A stretch of DNA of 64,000 nt from Nitrospirae bacterium MYbin3 (GCA_002753335.1 PEAD01000003.1:1-64000); one strand, 5' to 3'. Positions 41,025 through 50,755 are shown, numbered from the stretch's first letter. Program-made: numbers and translations. Notes: a model not told the origin generated them from the sequence alone.

Positions 41025-41056
41025 AAAAAAAGGCCGGTGATTTCTCACCGGCCTTT
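41025..41056 (-). terminator. Intrinsic terminator of ppdK
   Basis: AAAGGCCGGTGA-TTTC-TCACCGGCCTTT with U-tract on the minus strand. Confidence 0.88.
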
Positions 41057-41075
41057 CAAAAAAAATTAATAGCGG

Positions 41076-43862
41076 CTATTTCTTTTTGTATTTGATTGCG
41101 GCCTGCGCCCCTGCAAGACGGGCTATCGGCACGCGGAAAGGCGAGCAGCTTACATAGTTCATTCCTGCGCGGTAACAGAACTCTACGCTCTCAGGATCAC
41201 CCCCATGCTCTCCGCAGATTCCGACCTTCAGGTCTTTGCAGGTTTTTCTGCCTCTTTCAATTCCTATGTTTATAAGCTCTCCCACACCAGACTGGTCTAT
41301 GGTTGCAAAAGGGTCTGCGGGTAGTATCTTGCTTCCGAGATAGTCCGGAAGGAACGAGCCAATGTCGTCACGGCTAAAGCCAAAAGTCATCTGTGTAAGG
41401 TCATTCGTGCCAAAGCTGAAGAACTCTGCCGTCTCTGCCATCACTCCTGCGAGCAGGGCCGCCCTCGGGATCTCTATCATAGTTCCGAACAGATACGGAA
41501 TTTTTTTGATCCCAAGTTTTGCGCAGACTTCTTTGTAAACGCGGTCTGTTATGGCTTTTTGGTCATTCAGCTCTGCAACTGCGCATGTGACAGGGATCAT
41601 TATTTCGGGGAAGGCCTTTTTGCCGGCTTTCACAAGTTCTCCTGCTGCCTCGAGAATAGCGCGAACCTGCATCTCTGTAATTTCGGGAAAAGTTACGCCC
41701 AAGCGAACGCCGCGATGTCCGAGCATCGGATTGTTTTCACGCAGACCTTCTCCGCGTTTTTCGATCTCGCTTACCGGTACCTTAAGCGCGTCCGCAAGCC
41801 CTTTTATCTTGTCTGCGCTGTGCGGTACGAACTCATGCAGCGGCGGGTCAAGAAGCCTGATAGTAACAGGCAAACCGTTCATAACTTCCATAGTTGCTTT
41901 TATGTCATTTTTGACAAACGGGAAAAGCTCATCAAGCGCCTTCCTGCGCTCGGCTTCGGTTTTGCTCATTATCATCTTGCGAAGGAGGAACAACGGCTTG
42001 TCGCTGCCTTCTCCATAAAACATATGCTCTGTGCGGAAAAGTCCTATGCCTTCGGCTCCGAACTTGATCGCCTGAGCCGCGTCTTTAGGTGTGTCGGCGT
42101 TGGTTCTGACCTTCATCACGCGGACTTTATCAACCAACGTCATCAATTCTTTGTAGGATTTATTGTGGTCGAGGTCGATATCAACAAGTGGAAGCTCTCC
42201 CTGATAAACCAAGCCCTTTGTGCCGTTGAGGCTTATCCATTCGCCTTCGTGAACGGTTACCCCGCTTTTCGTTGTAAAGGATTTTCCGTTGTGCGCTATC
42301 TCTACGTCGCTGCAGCCAACGACGCAGCATTTGCCCCATCCCCGAGCTACAAGCGCTGCGTGGGAGGTCATTCCTCCCTTGCTTGTGAGGATTGCCTGTG
42401 ATTTGTGCATGCCGTCAACATCTTCAGGTGATGTTTCTTCGCGTACGAGGATAACCCTTTCTCCTCTGGAGGCCCATTCAACAGCGGAATGCGAGGTGAA
42501 TACCACACGGCCTTTTGCTCCTCCCGGCCCTGCCGGCAACCCTTTTGCGATAACTTTGTGCGTCAGTTCCGCTTTCGGATCTATCATAGGCAGAAGAAGT
42601 TCAACAAGCTGGGTGGGCGCAACGCGCTGTACTGCGGTGTTCAGGTCTATAAGTTTTTCTCTGTGCATTTCTACAGCCATGCGGACCGCTGCAACGCCGT
42701 TGCGTTTTCCGATACGGCACTGGAGCATGTACAGAGTGCCTTTTTCGATTGTGAACTCGATGTCCTGCATGTCTTTATAATGCTTTTCGAGCTGCTTCTG
42801 GTACTTGAATAGCTCCTTGTACAGATGCGGCATGGTCTTTTCGAGCGTTGGCAGATGGGAACTCTGATCATTTTTTGAATATTCGTTGACAGGCGCCGGT
42901 GTGCGGGTTCCTGCCACAACATCCTCACCCTGAGCATTGGCAAGGTATTCGCCGTAGAACTGGTTCTCACCGGTTCCGGGGTTTCTGGTAAATGCCACTC
43001 CGGTTGCACTGTCATCGCCCATATTTCCAAATACCATTGACTGAACATTTACGGCTGTGCCCCACTCATCAGGAATCTTTTCTATGCGGCGGTATTCTAC
43101 GGCGCGCTTGCCGTTCCAGCTTGCAAATACTGCGCTTACTCCACCCCAGAGCTGTTCCATCGGATCGTCCGGGAATGGCTTGCCGAGCACCTCTTTTACC
43201 GTGGTCTTGAAGTCTATTGCAATCTGTTTCATCTCTTCTGCGGTGAGGTCAGTGTCAGCTTTATAGCCTTTGCGTTTTTTCAGCTGGTCGAGCTGTTTTT
43301 CGAGAAGCTTGCGTATGCCTTTTCCTTCTTCGGGCTCTATGCCTGCTGCTTTTTCCATGACAACATCAGAGTACATCATGATAAGTCTGCGGTAAGCATC
43401 CCAAACGAACCTTTCGTTGTTCGTCTTCTTTATAAGGCCCGGAATGGTCTTGCTGGTAAGGCCGACATTCAGGACAGTCTCCATCATACCCGGCATCGAA
43501 CGCCTTGCACCGGAGCGGACCGAGACGAGAAGCGGGTTCACCGGATCTCCGAAGCCTTTGCTCATAATTTTTTCGATTTTTCTTATAGAGTCTTCGATCT
43601 GTATTTTAAGTTCTTTGGGATAGGTGCGCTTGTTTTCATAAAAATAGGTGCATACTTCGGTGGTAATTGTGAAACCGGGAGGAACAGGCAGACGTAGTTG
43701 AGGATGTCCCGCCATTTCGGCAAGGTTTGCGCCTTTGCCGCCGAGAAGATTCTTCATCGACTCGTTTCCGTCAGCCTTGCCGCCGCCAAAGAAATAAACA
43801 TATTTCTTTGCTTTGCCTGCCGCAGGTTTTACAGCCTTTGTTTTTTTTACAGCTTTTGCCAT
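41076..43862 (-). CDS. ppdK: Pyruvate, phosphate dikinase
   Basis: LGGKGANLAEM, GGMTSHAA, FSFGTNDLTQ and GICGEHGG motifs. Confidence 0.98.
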   Translation of the reverse strand: MAKAVKKTKAVKPAAGKAKKYVYFFGGGKADGNESMKNLLGGKGANLAEMAGHPQLRLPVPPGFTITTEVCTYFYENKRTYPKELKIQIEDSIRKIEKIMSKGFGDPVNPLLVSVRSGARRSMPGMMETVLNVGLTSKTIPGLIKKTNNERFVWDAYRRLIMMYSDVVMEKAAGIEPEEGKGIRKLLEKQLDQLKKRKGYKADTDLTAEEMKQIAIDFKTTVKEVLGKPFPDDPMEQLWGGVSAVFASWNGKRAVEYRRIEKIPDEWGTAVNVQSMVFGNMGDDSATGVAFTRNPGTGENQFYGEYLANAQGEDVVAGTRTPAPVNEYSKNDQSSHLPTLEKTMPHLYKELFKYQKQLEKHYKDMQDIEFTIEKGTLYMLQCRIGKRNGVAAVRMAVEMHREKLIDLNTAVQRVAPTQLVELLLPMIDPKAELTHKVIAKGLPAGPGGAKGRVVFTSHSAVEWASRGERVILVREETSPEDVDGMHKSQAILTSKGGMTSHAALVARGWGKCCVVGCSDVEIAHNGKSFTTKSGVTVHEGEWISLNGTKGLVYQGELPLVDIDLDHNKSYKELMTLVDKVRVMKVRTNADTPKDAAQAIKFGAEGIGLFRTEHMFYGEGSDKPLFLLRKMIMSKTEAERRKALDELFPFVKNDIKATMEVMNGLPVTIRLLDPPLHEFVPHSADKIKGLADALKVPVSEIEKRGEGLRENNPMLGHRGVRLGVTFPEITEMQVRAILEAAGELVKAGKKAFPEIMIPVTCAVAELNDQKAITDRVYKEVCAKLGIKKIPYLFGTMIEIPRAALLAGVMAETAEFFSFGTNDLTQMTFGFSRDDIGSFLPDYLGSKILPADPFATIDQSGVGELINIGIERGRKTCKDLKVGICGEHGGDPESVEFCYRAGMNYVSCSPFRVPIARLAGAQAAIKYKKK

Positions 43863-43996
43863 AGAGTCCCCCTTAATAATGTTTTGTATTGATTTAGTAT
43901 AGAGTCTATAGTGTTTTGCAGGGATAGTCTATATTACAGATACGGTAAAATTCAAGAATCTGTGAATCTATGATAAGGGGAAAAGCCTGCTGTATT

Positions 43997-45193
43997 TTAC
44001 TCTGCTCTCAAGGCGACGATGGGATCGAGTCTTGATGCTTGGTGCGCCGGATAAAGTCCGAAGAATACGCCGATTACAGTAGAGACACCCACACCGCTTA
44101 TTATTGATATGAATGAAAGGCTGAACTGCCATTTCGCGAGATGTGCCATAAGCGCAGACGCCCCGGTTCCGAAAACTATACCCAGCGCCCCTCCTACAAG
44201 TGACAACACAAGCGCTTCGAGAAGAAACTGATCTCTTATGTCTTTTCTTTTGGCTCCCAGAGCTCTCCTTATTCCTATCTCTTTGCGTCTTTCCTGAACA
44301 GATGAGATCATAACATTCATAATCCCAACCCCGCCCATAATAAGAGCTATGCTGCCTACCGCGCCGAGCAGAAGTGTAAATAGTCTCATCTGTTTTTCCA
44401 TGTGTGCAATCATTTCTTCAGGGCTGGTCACTTTGACGCTCTTTACCTTTGTATTTTTTTGAAAATATTCTTCGACTTGTTCTTTGGCTACGGCATTATC
44501 GAAATTTTCTTTTACCTGCGCTATGGTTGTTGCTGTTTCTGCTGCCCCGCTTATTCTTAGGGTCGTGGTGATATGAGTATAAACTGCCTGATTCGCATCG
44601 AAATCACGCAGCAAGCCTTTTTGTGCCGGCTCTATGGTCCCTACTATGGTAAAAATAGCGCCGCCAACTTTGATTTTGTCCCCGATTATATTTTTGGAAC
44701 CTGCCTGTTCGATCTTTGCGCGCAGCGAATCACCCACCACGCAAAAGCGCTCCAACTCATCAAGGTCCGAAAGAAACCGGCCGTTTTTTATCCGCAGTTT
44801 TTGAAGCTCCTGAAAAGCCTGATTGACGCCGAGAACTACCGTCCCGTCAAGTTTTTTGCCGGCATAGGATGCATCCATCTTTGGATTTACGGAAGGCGCC
44901 ACTTTTGCTATCGCCGGGCAGAACGCAGGAATTTCTAGAAGCTCGGATATCTGCCGGGAGAAGTTCGGTCTGCTGCCGAGGGATACTCCGGCCGGACTGT
45001 TCTGGATGGTTATGATATCTGTGCCCATCTCCAAAAACTGCCTCTGGGCCTCGCCCTGCGCCATCGTGCCGACCGAGATCATTGCGATGACCGACCCTAC
45101 GCCGATGACTATTCCGACCAGCGCTATGAGGGCTCTCTGTCCTGCAGCATACAGGCTCGATAATGCCTCTTTTAATGCTGTTTTGTTTTTCAC
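43997..45193 (-). CDS. MacB/FtsX-family ABC transporter permease
   Basis: LVGIVIGV, periplasmic core, GGVGIMNVM..SV.ER..EIGIRRALGA; GTG at 45193 overlaps the ATPase stop. Confidence 0.93.
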   Translation of the reverse strand: MKNKTALKEALSSLYAAGQRALIALVGIVIGVGSVIAMISVGTMAQGEAQRQFLEMGTDIITIQNSPAGVSLGSRPNFSRQISELLEIPAFCPAIAKVAPSVNPKMDASYAGKKLDGTVVLGVNQAFQELQKLRIKNGRFLSDLDELERFCVVGDSLRAKIEQAGSKNIIGDKIKVGGAIFTIVGTIEPAQKGLLRDFDANQAVYTHITTTLRISGAAETATTIAQVKENFDNAVAKEQVEEYFQKNTKVKSVKVTSPEEMIAHMEKQMRLFTLLLGAVGSIALIMGGVGIMNVMISSVQERRKEIGIRRALGAKRKDIRDQFLLEALVLSLVGGALGIVFGTGASALMAHLAKWQFSLSFISIISGVGVSTVIGVFFGLYPAHQASRLDPIVALRAE

Positions 45194-45858
45194 TGTTCTA
45201 CGATCGTCCCGTCCTGCAGTAGGGCAAGACGTTTGCATTTCTTTGCAAGCATTGGATTGTGTGTGATTACAACCACCGTAATTCCATCATCGGTGTTGAG
45301 TTTTCCGAACAGGTCCATTATCTCTTCGCTTGATGCGGTGTCCAGAGCCCCTGTAGGCTCGTCTGCAAGTATCAGCTTGGGATTGCCTGCCAGAGCTCTT
45401 GCTATCGCGACCCTTTGCTGCTGGCCTCCAGAAAGCTCGGACGGTTTGCGTGATGCCAGTTCCTCTATGCCTATTCTTTTCAGGAGTTCATAAGATCTGC
45501 GTTTTATCTCGTCGTCATTTGTTCCCTTGTATTTGAGAGGCATGCCCACATTTTCCTGAATCGTGAGCCTCGGCAGAAGATTGTAATGCTGAAACACAAA
45601 ACCTATTATCATATTTCTCATGCCGGACAGCACGTCGTCATCGTCGTATTTTATCTCTTTTTCTTCGAACAGGTATGAACCGGAAGTAGGTTTGTCGAGG
45701 AGTCCCATTATATTCATCAAGGTGGATTTTCCGCTGCCGGATGCGCCCATGATGGCCAAAAACTCACCTTGCGCAACGTCGAGATTCACATTTTTTAGAA
45801 CTTCTACGAATGCAGGCCCGACCTGATAGCTTTTTTGTATTTCATTCAGTTTAAGCAT
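45190..45858 (-). CDS. MacB/LolD-type ABC ATPase
   Basis: GASGSGKST, LSGGQQQRVAIARAL, LADEPTGALD and ITH motifs. Confidence 0.96.
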   Translation of the reverse strand: MLKLNEIQKSYQVGPAFVEVLKNVNLDVAQGEFLAIMGASGSGKSTLMNIMGLLDKPTSGSYLFEEKEIKYDDDDVLSGMRNMIIGFVFQHYNLLPRLTIQENVGMPLKYKGTNDDEIKRRSYELLKRIGIEELASRKPSELSGGQQQRVAIARALAGNPKLILADEPTGALDTASSEEIMDLFGKLNTDDGITVVVITHNPMLAKKCKRLALLQDGTIVEQ

Positions 45859-45864
45859 TGCAGA

Positions 45865-47889
45865 TCATCGGCCGTCTGTCAGCACCTCGTCGCCTTCGGC
45901 CAATCCGCTCAAGATTTCAATCGAGTTGTAATGTGTACGGCCTGTCTGCACTTCGGTCTTTTCAAAACTCTTTTTGCCTTTTACGAGCTTCTGTTTTTTT
46001 ACGAATTGCTTGCCGTCAGCCTCTGTAACCGCCGTAATCGGTACGGTAATGGCTTTATCATTTAAATAAGTGAGTATCTCCAAGTTGGCAGACATGCCTA
46101 CGAATATCCTGCTTTTATATTCTTGTTCGATATTTTCGATGACCACCTTCATCTCAAACGTAGGCACCCCGCCGCCCTGAACAATGTTTCCCTGAGAGGA
46201 AAGGTTTGCTATCGTGCCTTCATGCGAGATGCCGGGGAAGGCGTCTCCGGTAACAACCACACTTTGCCCAACATCCACTTTTGTAATATCGACCTCATCA
46301 ACCTTTGCTTTGACCGAAAAGCCTGTCAGGTTGCCTATCGACATAATTATTCCGCCCTCCTGAAGATGAGAGCCTTTTTCTATTTTCTTTGCTTCGCCCG
46401 CCTCGAAAACCGATCCCGGGAGCATGATTACACCGCTGACCGGGGCTGTGACTGTTGAGTAGGTAAGCTGATCTTCAAGGTCTTTAAGCCTTGTTTTGGC
46501 GTTTTCCATCTCATAATGGGCTATGTTTTTGTTTTCGCCGGTGCCTTTTTCTATCGCGGCCTTGAGCTCATCCGCAGCGCTCTGATAGTCGAGCTGAACG
46601 CTTGTGTATTGCTGTTTGGCGTAAGCAAGTTCGCTTGCGGATACGAGCCCCTTTTTGAAAAGACGCTCGGTGTCTTCGTAAGTCTGTTTTTGCAAGTCCA
46701 GAGCTAACTTGGATTTAGAGAGAGAACGCTTGACCCTTACAACTTCCTGACTGTCTTCCCATTTTTCTATCTCTTTGTATCGTTCTGCAGCCCTTATGTA
46801 AACAGCCTTTGCCTCGCGGTGCTTTACTTCAACCTCAGAGGTGTCCATCCTTAAAAGCACCTGTCCGGCATTTACTATTTCACCGTAGCGGAAGAATATC
46901 TCTTTTACCTTGCCGTATATAGGGCTTGTTATGTTCACCACATTCAAGGGTTCGAGAGTTCCTGTCAGGTAAAGAGATGAGGTGACGGTGCCGGTGACTA
47001 TTTTATGGGTTTGTGACGCGGCTCCCTTTTGTTCGGTAGTTGCCGCCGCGGCTTTCTTTCTTTCGGGCAGCAGAACGCGGTTCCACGAATATACTCCTAC
47101 TGCTATAAACAAAAGCAGGATGAATACGGTGGCAGCGACGCGTATCATCTGCACTTTTTTCAACGCTGCTTTCAGCTCTTTGTTTGCCTCTTCTGTTTTT
47201 ATATATGCATCGCGCAGTTTAGCGCCCAACTCTTTTTCTGAGCGTTGAAGCGACTTAATTTCTTCGATGTCTTTTATAAGGTCTTTTATGAGAGCCGAGT
47301 TTGTCATAGCTATCGCAGCCTGAGAGGCCAAAGACGAGACATAGTTTTTGTCATCCTCAGAGAAGGGGATTACATCTCCTGTTACAAAATCCTTTGCGTT
47401 TATGAGCTGAAGCACCCCGATAATTTCGTTTTCATGGTTTGTCATCGGGATGACCAGCATTGATTTTGTGCGGTATCCGGTCTTTGCATCGTAGTTTTTA
47501 GGGCCCGCAAAATTGAACTCGGTCGATTCATACACATCCGCAATTGAAATGGTTTTGCCGGTCAGAGCCACAAAGGATGATACGTTTGAATTGTTCTGCT
47601 GCCCCTCTATATACAAAGGCACCGGAGGAGGCGCGGCAACTTCCTTGTGTTTGCTGCTGATACGGGTTTTCATCGTATCGTTTTGTAGTATTTCGAAGCT
47701 GAGGTGTTTTTCTTTTTTGTTCAGAATATAAAGCGTTCCTGCGTCTGCGTTTGACATGCTTCTTGCAGCGTCAACTATCATCTCAAGAAGCTTGTCGGTA
47801 TCTTTTTCTGAAGACAGCGCTATGCCTACCCGCGAAAGCAGGTTCAGGTTTTGGGTTTTTTTGTCTTCTGCTGTTTTTCCCTGTGCCAT
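45865..47889 (-). CDS. GAF domain fused to MacA-like periplasmic adaptor (membrane fusion protein)
   Basis: Residues ~15-200 GAF (ADAGTLY, YRTKSML.IPM, IGVLQLIN), coiled coil, one TM helix, then MFP motifs (G.V..I....GE.V..GQ.L, V.APVSG, VDE.DI..V..GQ, GL.EGDEV). Confidence 0.88.
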   Translation of the reverse strand: MAQGKTAEDKKTQNLNLLSRVGIALSSEKDTDKLLEMIVDAARSMSNADAGTLYILNKKEKHLSFEILQNDTMKTRISSKHKEVAAPPPVPLYIEGQQNNSNVSSFVALTGKTISIADVYESTEFNFAGPKNYDAKTGYRTKSMLVIPMTNHENEIIGVLQLINAKDFVTGDVIPFSEDDKNYVSSLASQAAIAMTNSALIKDLIKDIEEIKSLQRSEKELGAKLRDAYIKTEEANKELKAALKKVQMIRVAATVFILLLFIAVGVYSWNRVLLPERKKAAAATTEQKGAASQTHKIVTGTVTSSLYLTGTLEPLNVVNITSPIYGKVKEIFFRYGEIVNAGQVLLRMDTSEVEVKHREAKAVYIRAAERYKEIEKWEDSQEVVRVKRSLSKSKLALDLQKQTYEDTERLFKKGLVSASELAYAKQQYTSVQLDYQSAADELKAAIEKGTGENKNIAHYEMENAKTRLKDLEDQLTYSTVTAPVSGVIMLPGSVFEAGEAKKIEKGSHLQEGGIIMSIGNLTGFSVKAKVDEVDITKVDVGQSVVVTGDAFPGISHEGTIANLSSQGNIVQGGGVPTFEMKVVIENIEQEYKSRIFVGMSANLEILTYLNDKAITVPITAVTEADGKQFVKKQKLVKGKKSFEKTEVQTGRTHYNSIEILSGLAEGDEVLTDGR

Positions 47890-47931
47890 AAAATAATTTT
47901 CCTTAATCGAATGCTATCAAAAATTATAGCA

Positions 47932-49428
47932 TCATTTAAATTTTTCCTCACCGTATCTGTCCACAGCGCTTATATTCCACCTGTCTAGGGTTGTGCCGAT
48001 AGTTTTGTCGAGTGCGGTCTGTGCATTTAAGAAACTTATTATAGCGGTAAGTTCTGCTATTTGCGCGTTGAAGAGGTCGTTCTGCGCAGAAACCACCTGA
48101 AAGTTTGTAGAGCGTCCTGCCCTTAATTTTTCACGCTCAATTTCGAGTTTCTTTTCGTAGAGCCTGCTTGAGTGTTGGGACAACTTCATCTGTTTAAGCT
48201 TTATTTCATAATCCCTCAGAGCGTCTTTTATTTCTAGATCAATGTTGTCCCGCAGTTTTTTTAGATTCAACTCAGCTTTTTCAAGACTGATTTTTGAAAG
48301 GATATAATTTTGTTTTAGGGTAAGGTCTCTCAATGGTATTGTAAGCCTTGCGCCTGTATTCCATGTCTTTTTGTCTGCTCCGTCATCAACTATAAGACCG
48401 CCTACAACTTCATTCCTGCTGTAGCTGCCGAACAATGAGAGGTCCCATAGTCTGTTGTTTTTTGAGACCGCATAATTCAGCTTTGCTATGTTTACAGCGA
48501 GAGCGTTTGAAATAAAGTCCGGTCTTTTTTCTAAGGCTGTTTTTTTTAGGGTTTCAAACGCAGGGACTGCAGGCGTTTCATCCAGTGTTTCCTCAGCTGT
48601 GAACTGGGTGTTTATGTCTATATCAATCAGTTTTGCGAGCGCTATTTTTGCATTATCCTCTGCATTAATCGCGGTAAGCAGCAGGAGCTCCCTGTTTGCA
48701 ACTTCTGCTTCAGCCTGAACTATTTCAAGTTCTGCCATTCTGCCTGCTTCGATAAGGGACCTGCTTATAGAAACGATGCTTTTCGCTCTTTCCAGTGCCT
48801 GCCTGCTTATTTCAACCTGCCTTGATGCCTGAAGAAAAGTCCGATAAGCCCATATCACGGAAGTTACCGTATCCGTAATAGTATTTTTTAGAGTCAGCAG
48901 GTTTGTCTTTTCTGTAAGCCTTGCTATCTGTACTGACGCTGTATTTGCCTCGATGCCGCCGCCCTTTAAAAGCGGTTGCGTAATGCTGACACTCCATGAA
49001 TCGGTTTTTGAGCGTTCAGGATCGTAAGTTCTTTCAATATTCAGAGACCTTGAGGTAGAAAGGGACAGAAGCGCCCCTGTATGCAGTGTTTCTGTTGCGC
49101 TTGCGGTGATGTCTCCGGTCCTATTTATGGTCCTGTCGCCGTCTTTTGTTGTAGAGGTTTTTTGTGCGGTCGAGCTTAATGTCAGTTTCGGTATGAATTT
49201 GTCTTCAGCCACAATAAGATCGAATTTTTGGGTCACCCGGTCTAAATAAGCTATCTCTATTGTGCTGTTTTTTCTTAATGCGAGCGCGATGCTTTCTGCG
49301 AGCGACATCTTTTTTAAAGGAGCTGTTGCATTGTCGGCGGATAAGGCGAATTCAGACAATAATAAAATCCCCAAAAAGGAAATTGCCTGAACTAAAAAAA
49401 TATTTTTTCTGAGTGTTGAGATTTTCAT
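47932..49428 (-). CDS. TolC-family outer membrane channel
   Basis: Signal peptide; SL.E.I..AL, ITQPLLKG and E..KL.AG.ST motifs of the OEP family. Confidence 0.92.
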   Translation of the reverse strand: MKISTLRKNIFLVQAISFLGILLLSEFALSADNATAPLKKMSLAESIALALRKNSTIEIAYLDRVTQKFDLIVAEDKFIPKLTLSSTAQKTSTTKDGDRTINRTGDITASATETLHTGALLSLSTSRSLNIERTYDPERSKTDSWSVSITQPLLKGGGIEANTASVQIARLTEKTNLLTLKNTITDTVTSVIWAYRTFLQASRQVEISRQALERAKSIVSISRSLIEAGRMAELEIVQAEAEVANRELLLLTAINAEDNAKIALAKLIDIDINTQFTAEETLDETPAVPAFETLKKTALEKRPDFISNALAVNIAKLNYAVSKNNRLWDLSLFGSYSRNEVVGGLIVDDGADKKTWNTGARLTIPLRDLTLKQNYILSKISLEKAELNLKKLRDNIDLEIKDALRDYEIKLKQMKLSQHSSRLYEKKLEIEREKLRAGRSTNFQVVSAQNDLFNAQIAELTAIISFLNAQTALDKTIGTTLDRWNISAVDRYGEEKFK

Positions 49429-49450
49429 ACTGTTGTTGCTTTGAAGTTGA

Positions 49451-49459
49451 ATTATAGCA
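49451..49459 (-). promoter_or_regulatory. Extended -10 promoter element upstream of tolC
   Basis: TGCTATAAT on the minus strand 22 nt before the tolC ATG; a second copy at 47923-47931 lies before the GAF-adaptor gene. Confidence 0.55.
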
Positions 49460-49474
49460 GAACTTGGTCCGAAA

Positions 49475-49520
49475 AACTAAAAAGCTAACGGGATATTTTA
49501 TCCCGTTAGCTTTAGGTTTT
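49475..49520. terminator. Intrinsic terminator after repeat-protein gene 1
   Basis: AAAGCTAACGGGATA-TTT-TATCCCGTTAGCTTT. Confidence 0.85.
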
Positions 49521-49531
49521 TTTTATTTTTA

Positions 49532-49987
49532 TTATTTGCCTTTTGGCATAGGTCCTTTGCCTTTGTGGTCAGGGCCCTTTTTATCAGGAGACGGGGAAGG
49601 CATAGGATTAGCTTCTCCAGCTTTTCCCTTTGGATCAGGGCCTGGGCCTTTGCCTTTCATGTCAGGGCCTGGGCCTTTGCCTTTCATGTCAGGGCCTGGG
49701 CCTTTGCCTTTCATGTCAGGGCCTGGGCCTTTGCCTTTCATGTCAGGGCCGGGACCTTTGCCTTTCATGTCAGGGCCGGGACCTTTGCCTTTCATGTCAG
49801 GGCCGGGACCTTTACCTTTCATGTCAGGGCCTGGACCTTTGCCTTTCATGTCAGGGCCTGGACCTTTGCCTTTCATGTCAGGGCCTTTCGGAGCTGGGCC
49901 TTTTTCAGCAGGAGCTGCAAACGCAAGTCCTACGGTAAGGCTTAAAGAAAGAACCATAACTAGAAGCACTAACGACAGTTTCTTCAT
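49532..49987 (-). CDS. Secreted Pro/Gly/Lys/Met repeat protein 1
   Basis: AGGAGG SD; signal peptide ending AFA|APAEKG; 9x DMKGKGPGP; ends KGK. Confidence 0.85.
   Translation of the reverse strand: MKKLSLVLLVMVLSLSLTVGLAFAAPAEKGPAPKGPDMKGKGPGPDMKGKGPGPDMKGKGPGPDMKGKGPGPDMKGKGPGPDMKGKGPGPDMKGKGPGPDMKGKGPGPDMKGKGPGPDPKGKAGEANPMPSPSPDKKGPDHKGKGPMPKGK
49637..49885. repeat. Coding tandem repeat, 9 x 27 bp
   Basis: Unit AGGGCC(T/G)GG(G/A)CCTTT(G/A)CCTTTCATGTC; all differences are synonymous in the minus-strand frame. Confidence 0.95.
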
Positions 49988-50107
49988 ACTACCTCCTAAA
50001 TTAATTAAGATTCTCAGAAAAACTTAACTTCCGAGCTTACCATTAAGATAAAAGCATTTTTTTTAAAAGTCAAGGTAATTTTCACATTTTTAAAGCCTTA
50101 TGGAAGT

Positions 50108-50146
50108 AAAAAAAGGCTAACGGAATGAAATATTCCATTAGCCTTT
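50108..50146 (-). terminator. Intrinsic terminator after repeat-protein gene 2
   Basis: AAAGGCTAACGGAAT-GAAAT-ATTCCATTAGCCTTT with U-tract on the minus strand. Confidence 0.8.
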
Positions 50147-50174
50147 AAATGCTTTAATGTTTATTTTTTTAGTC

Positions 50175-50567
50175 TTACTTGCCTTTTGGAGCAGGGCCTT
50201 TACCTTTCGCTCCGTACTGCTTCTGCTTTTGTTCCTCGTACTGTTTTTGCTTTAACTCTTCGAAAGCCTTTTTGCGCTCTGCTTCTGCTTTTGCTTCTGC
50301 TTTAAGTTTTTGTTCTTCTGCCACTTTCCGTTTCGCTTCTTCGGCTTTTTGTTTCTCTAAAAATATTTTCCTTTCCGCTGCTCTTTCTTGGTTTAACTCC
50401 CACTTGCTTTTTATCGCGCCTGTTGCGGGAGCAGCTTTTGGTTCAGGGCCTTTTGCCGGTGCAGTGGTTGGGCCTTTGCCTTTTTCTGCTGGCGCTGCAA
50501 AGGCAAGTCCGAAGGTGAGGCTTACAGAAATCATAATTACTAAAAGTACTAACGACAGTTTACTCAT
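50175..50567 (-). CDS. Secreted paralog 2 with charged (E/K/A/Q) helical core
   Basis: Near-identical signal peptide; mature N-terminus APAEKG; EK-rich helix; ends KGKGPAPKGK. Confidence 0.82.
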   Translation of the reverse strand: MSKLSLVLLVIMISVSLTFGLAFAAPAEKGKGPTTAPAKGPEPKAAPATGAIKSKWELNQERAAERKIFLEKQKAEEAKRKVAEEQKLKAEAKAEAERKKAFEELKQKQYEEQKQKQYGAKGKGPAPKGK

Positions 50568-50689
50568 ACTACCTCCCCAATTAATTAAGATTTTCGGAAA
50601 AACCTAACTTCCGAGCATACTATTAAGATAAAAGCATTTTTTTTTAAAGTCAAGGTGCTTTTCACATTTTTAAAGCCGTTTATGAAAGT

Positions 50690-50728
50690 AAAAAAAGGCT
50701 AACGGAATGAAATATTCCGTTAGCCTTT
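50690..50728 (-). terminator. Intrinsic terminator after repeat-protein gene 3
   Basis: AAAGGCTAACGGAAT-GAAAT-ATTCCGTTAGCCTTT with U-tract on the minus strand. Confidence 0.85.
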
Positions 50729-50755
50729 AGGTGCTGTGAAATGTATCTAAACTAT

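Noticed and set aside
39533..43266. Long antisense ORFs over lysS and ppdK (e.g. 41559-42401, 280 aa)
   Set aside because: They fully overlap highly conserved genes on the opposite strand and have no recognisable motifs.
49637..49885. Possible CRISPR array
   Set aside because: The 27-bp units are contiguous with no unique spacers, lie within a CDS, and no cas genes are present.
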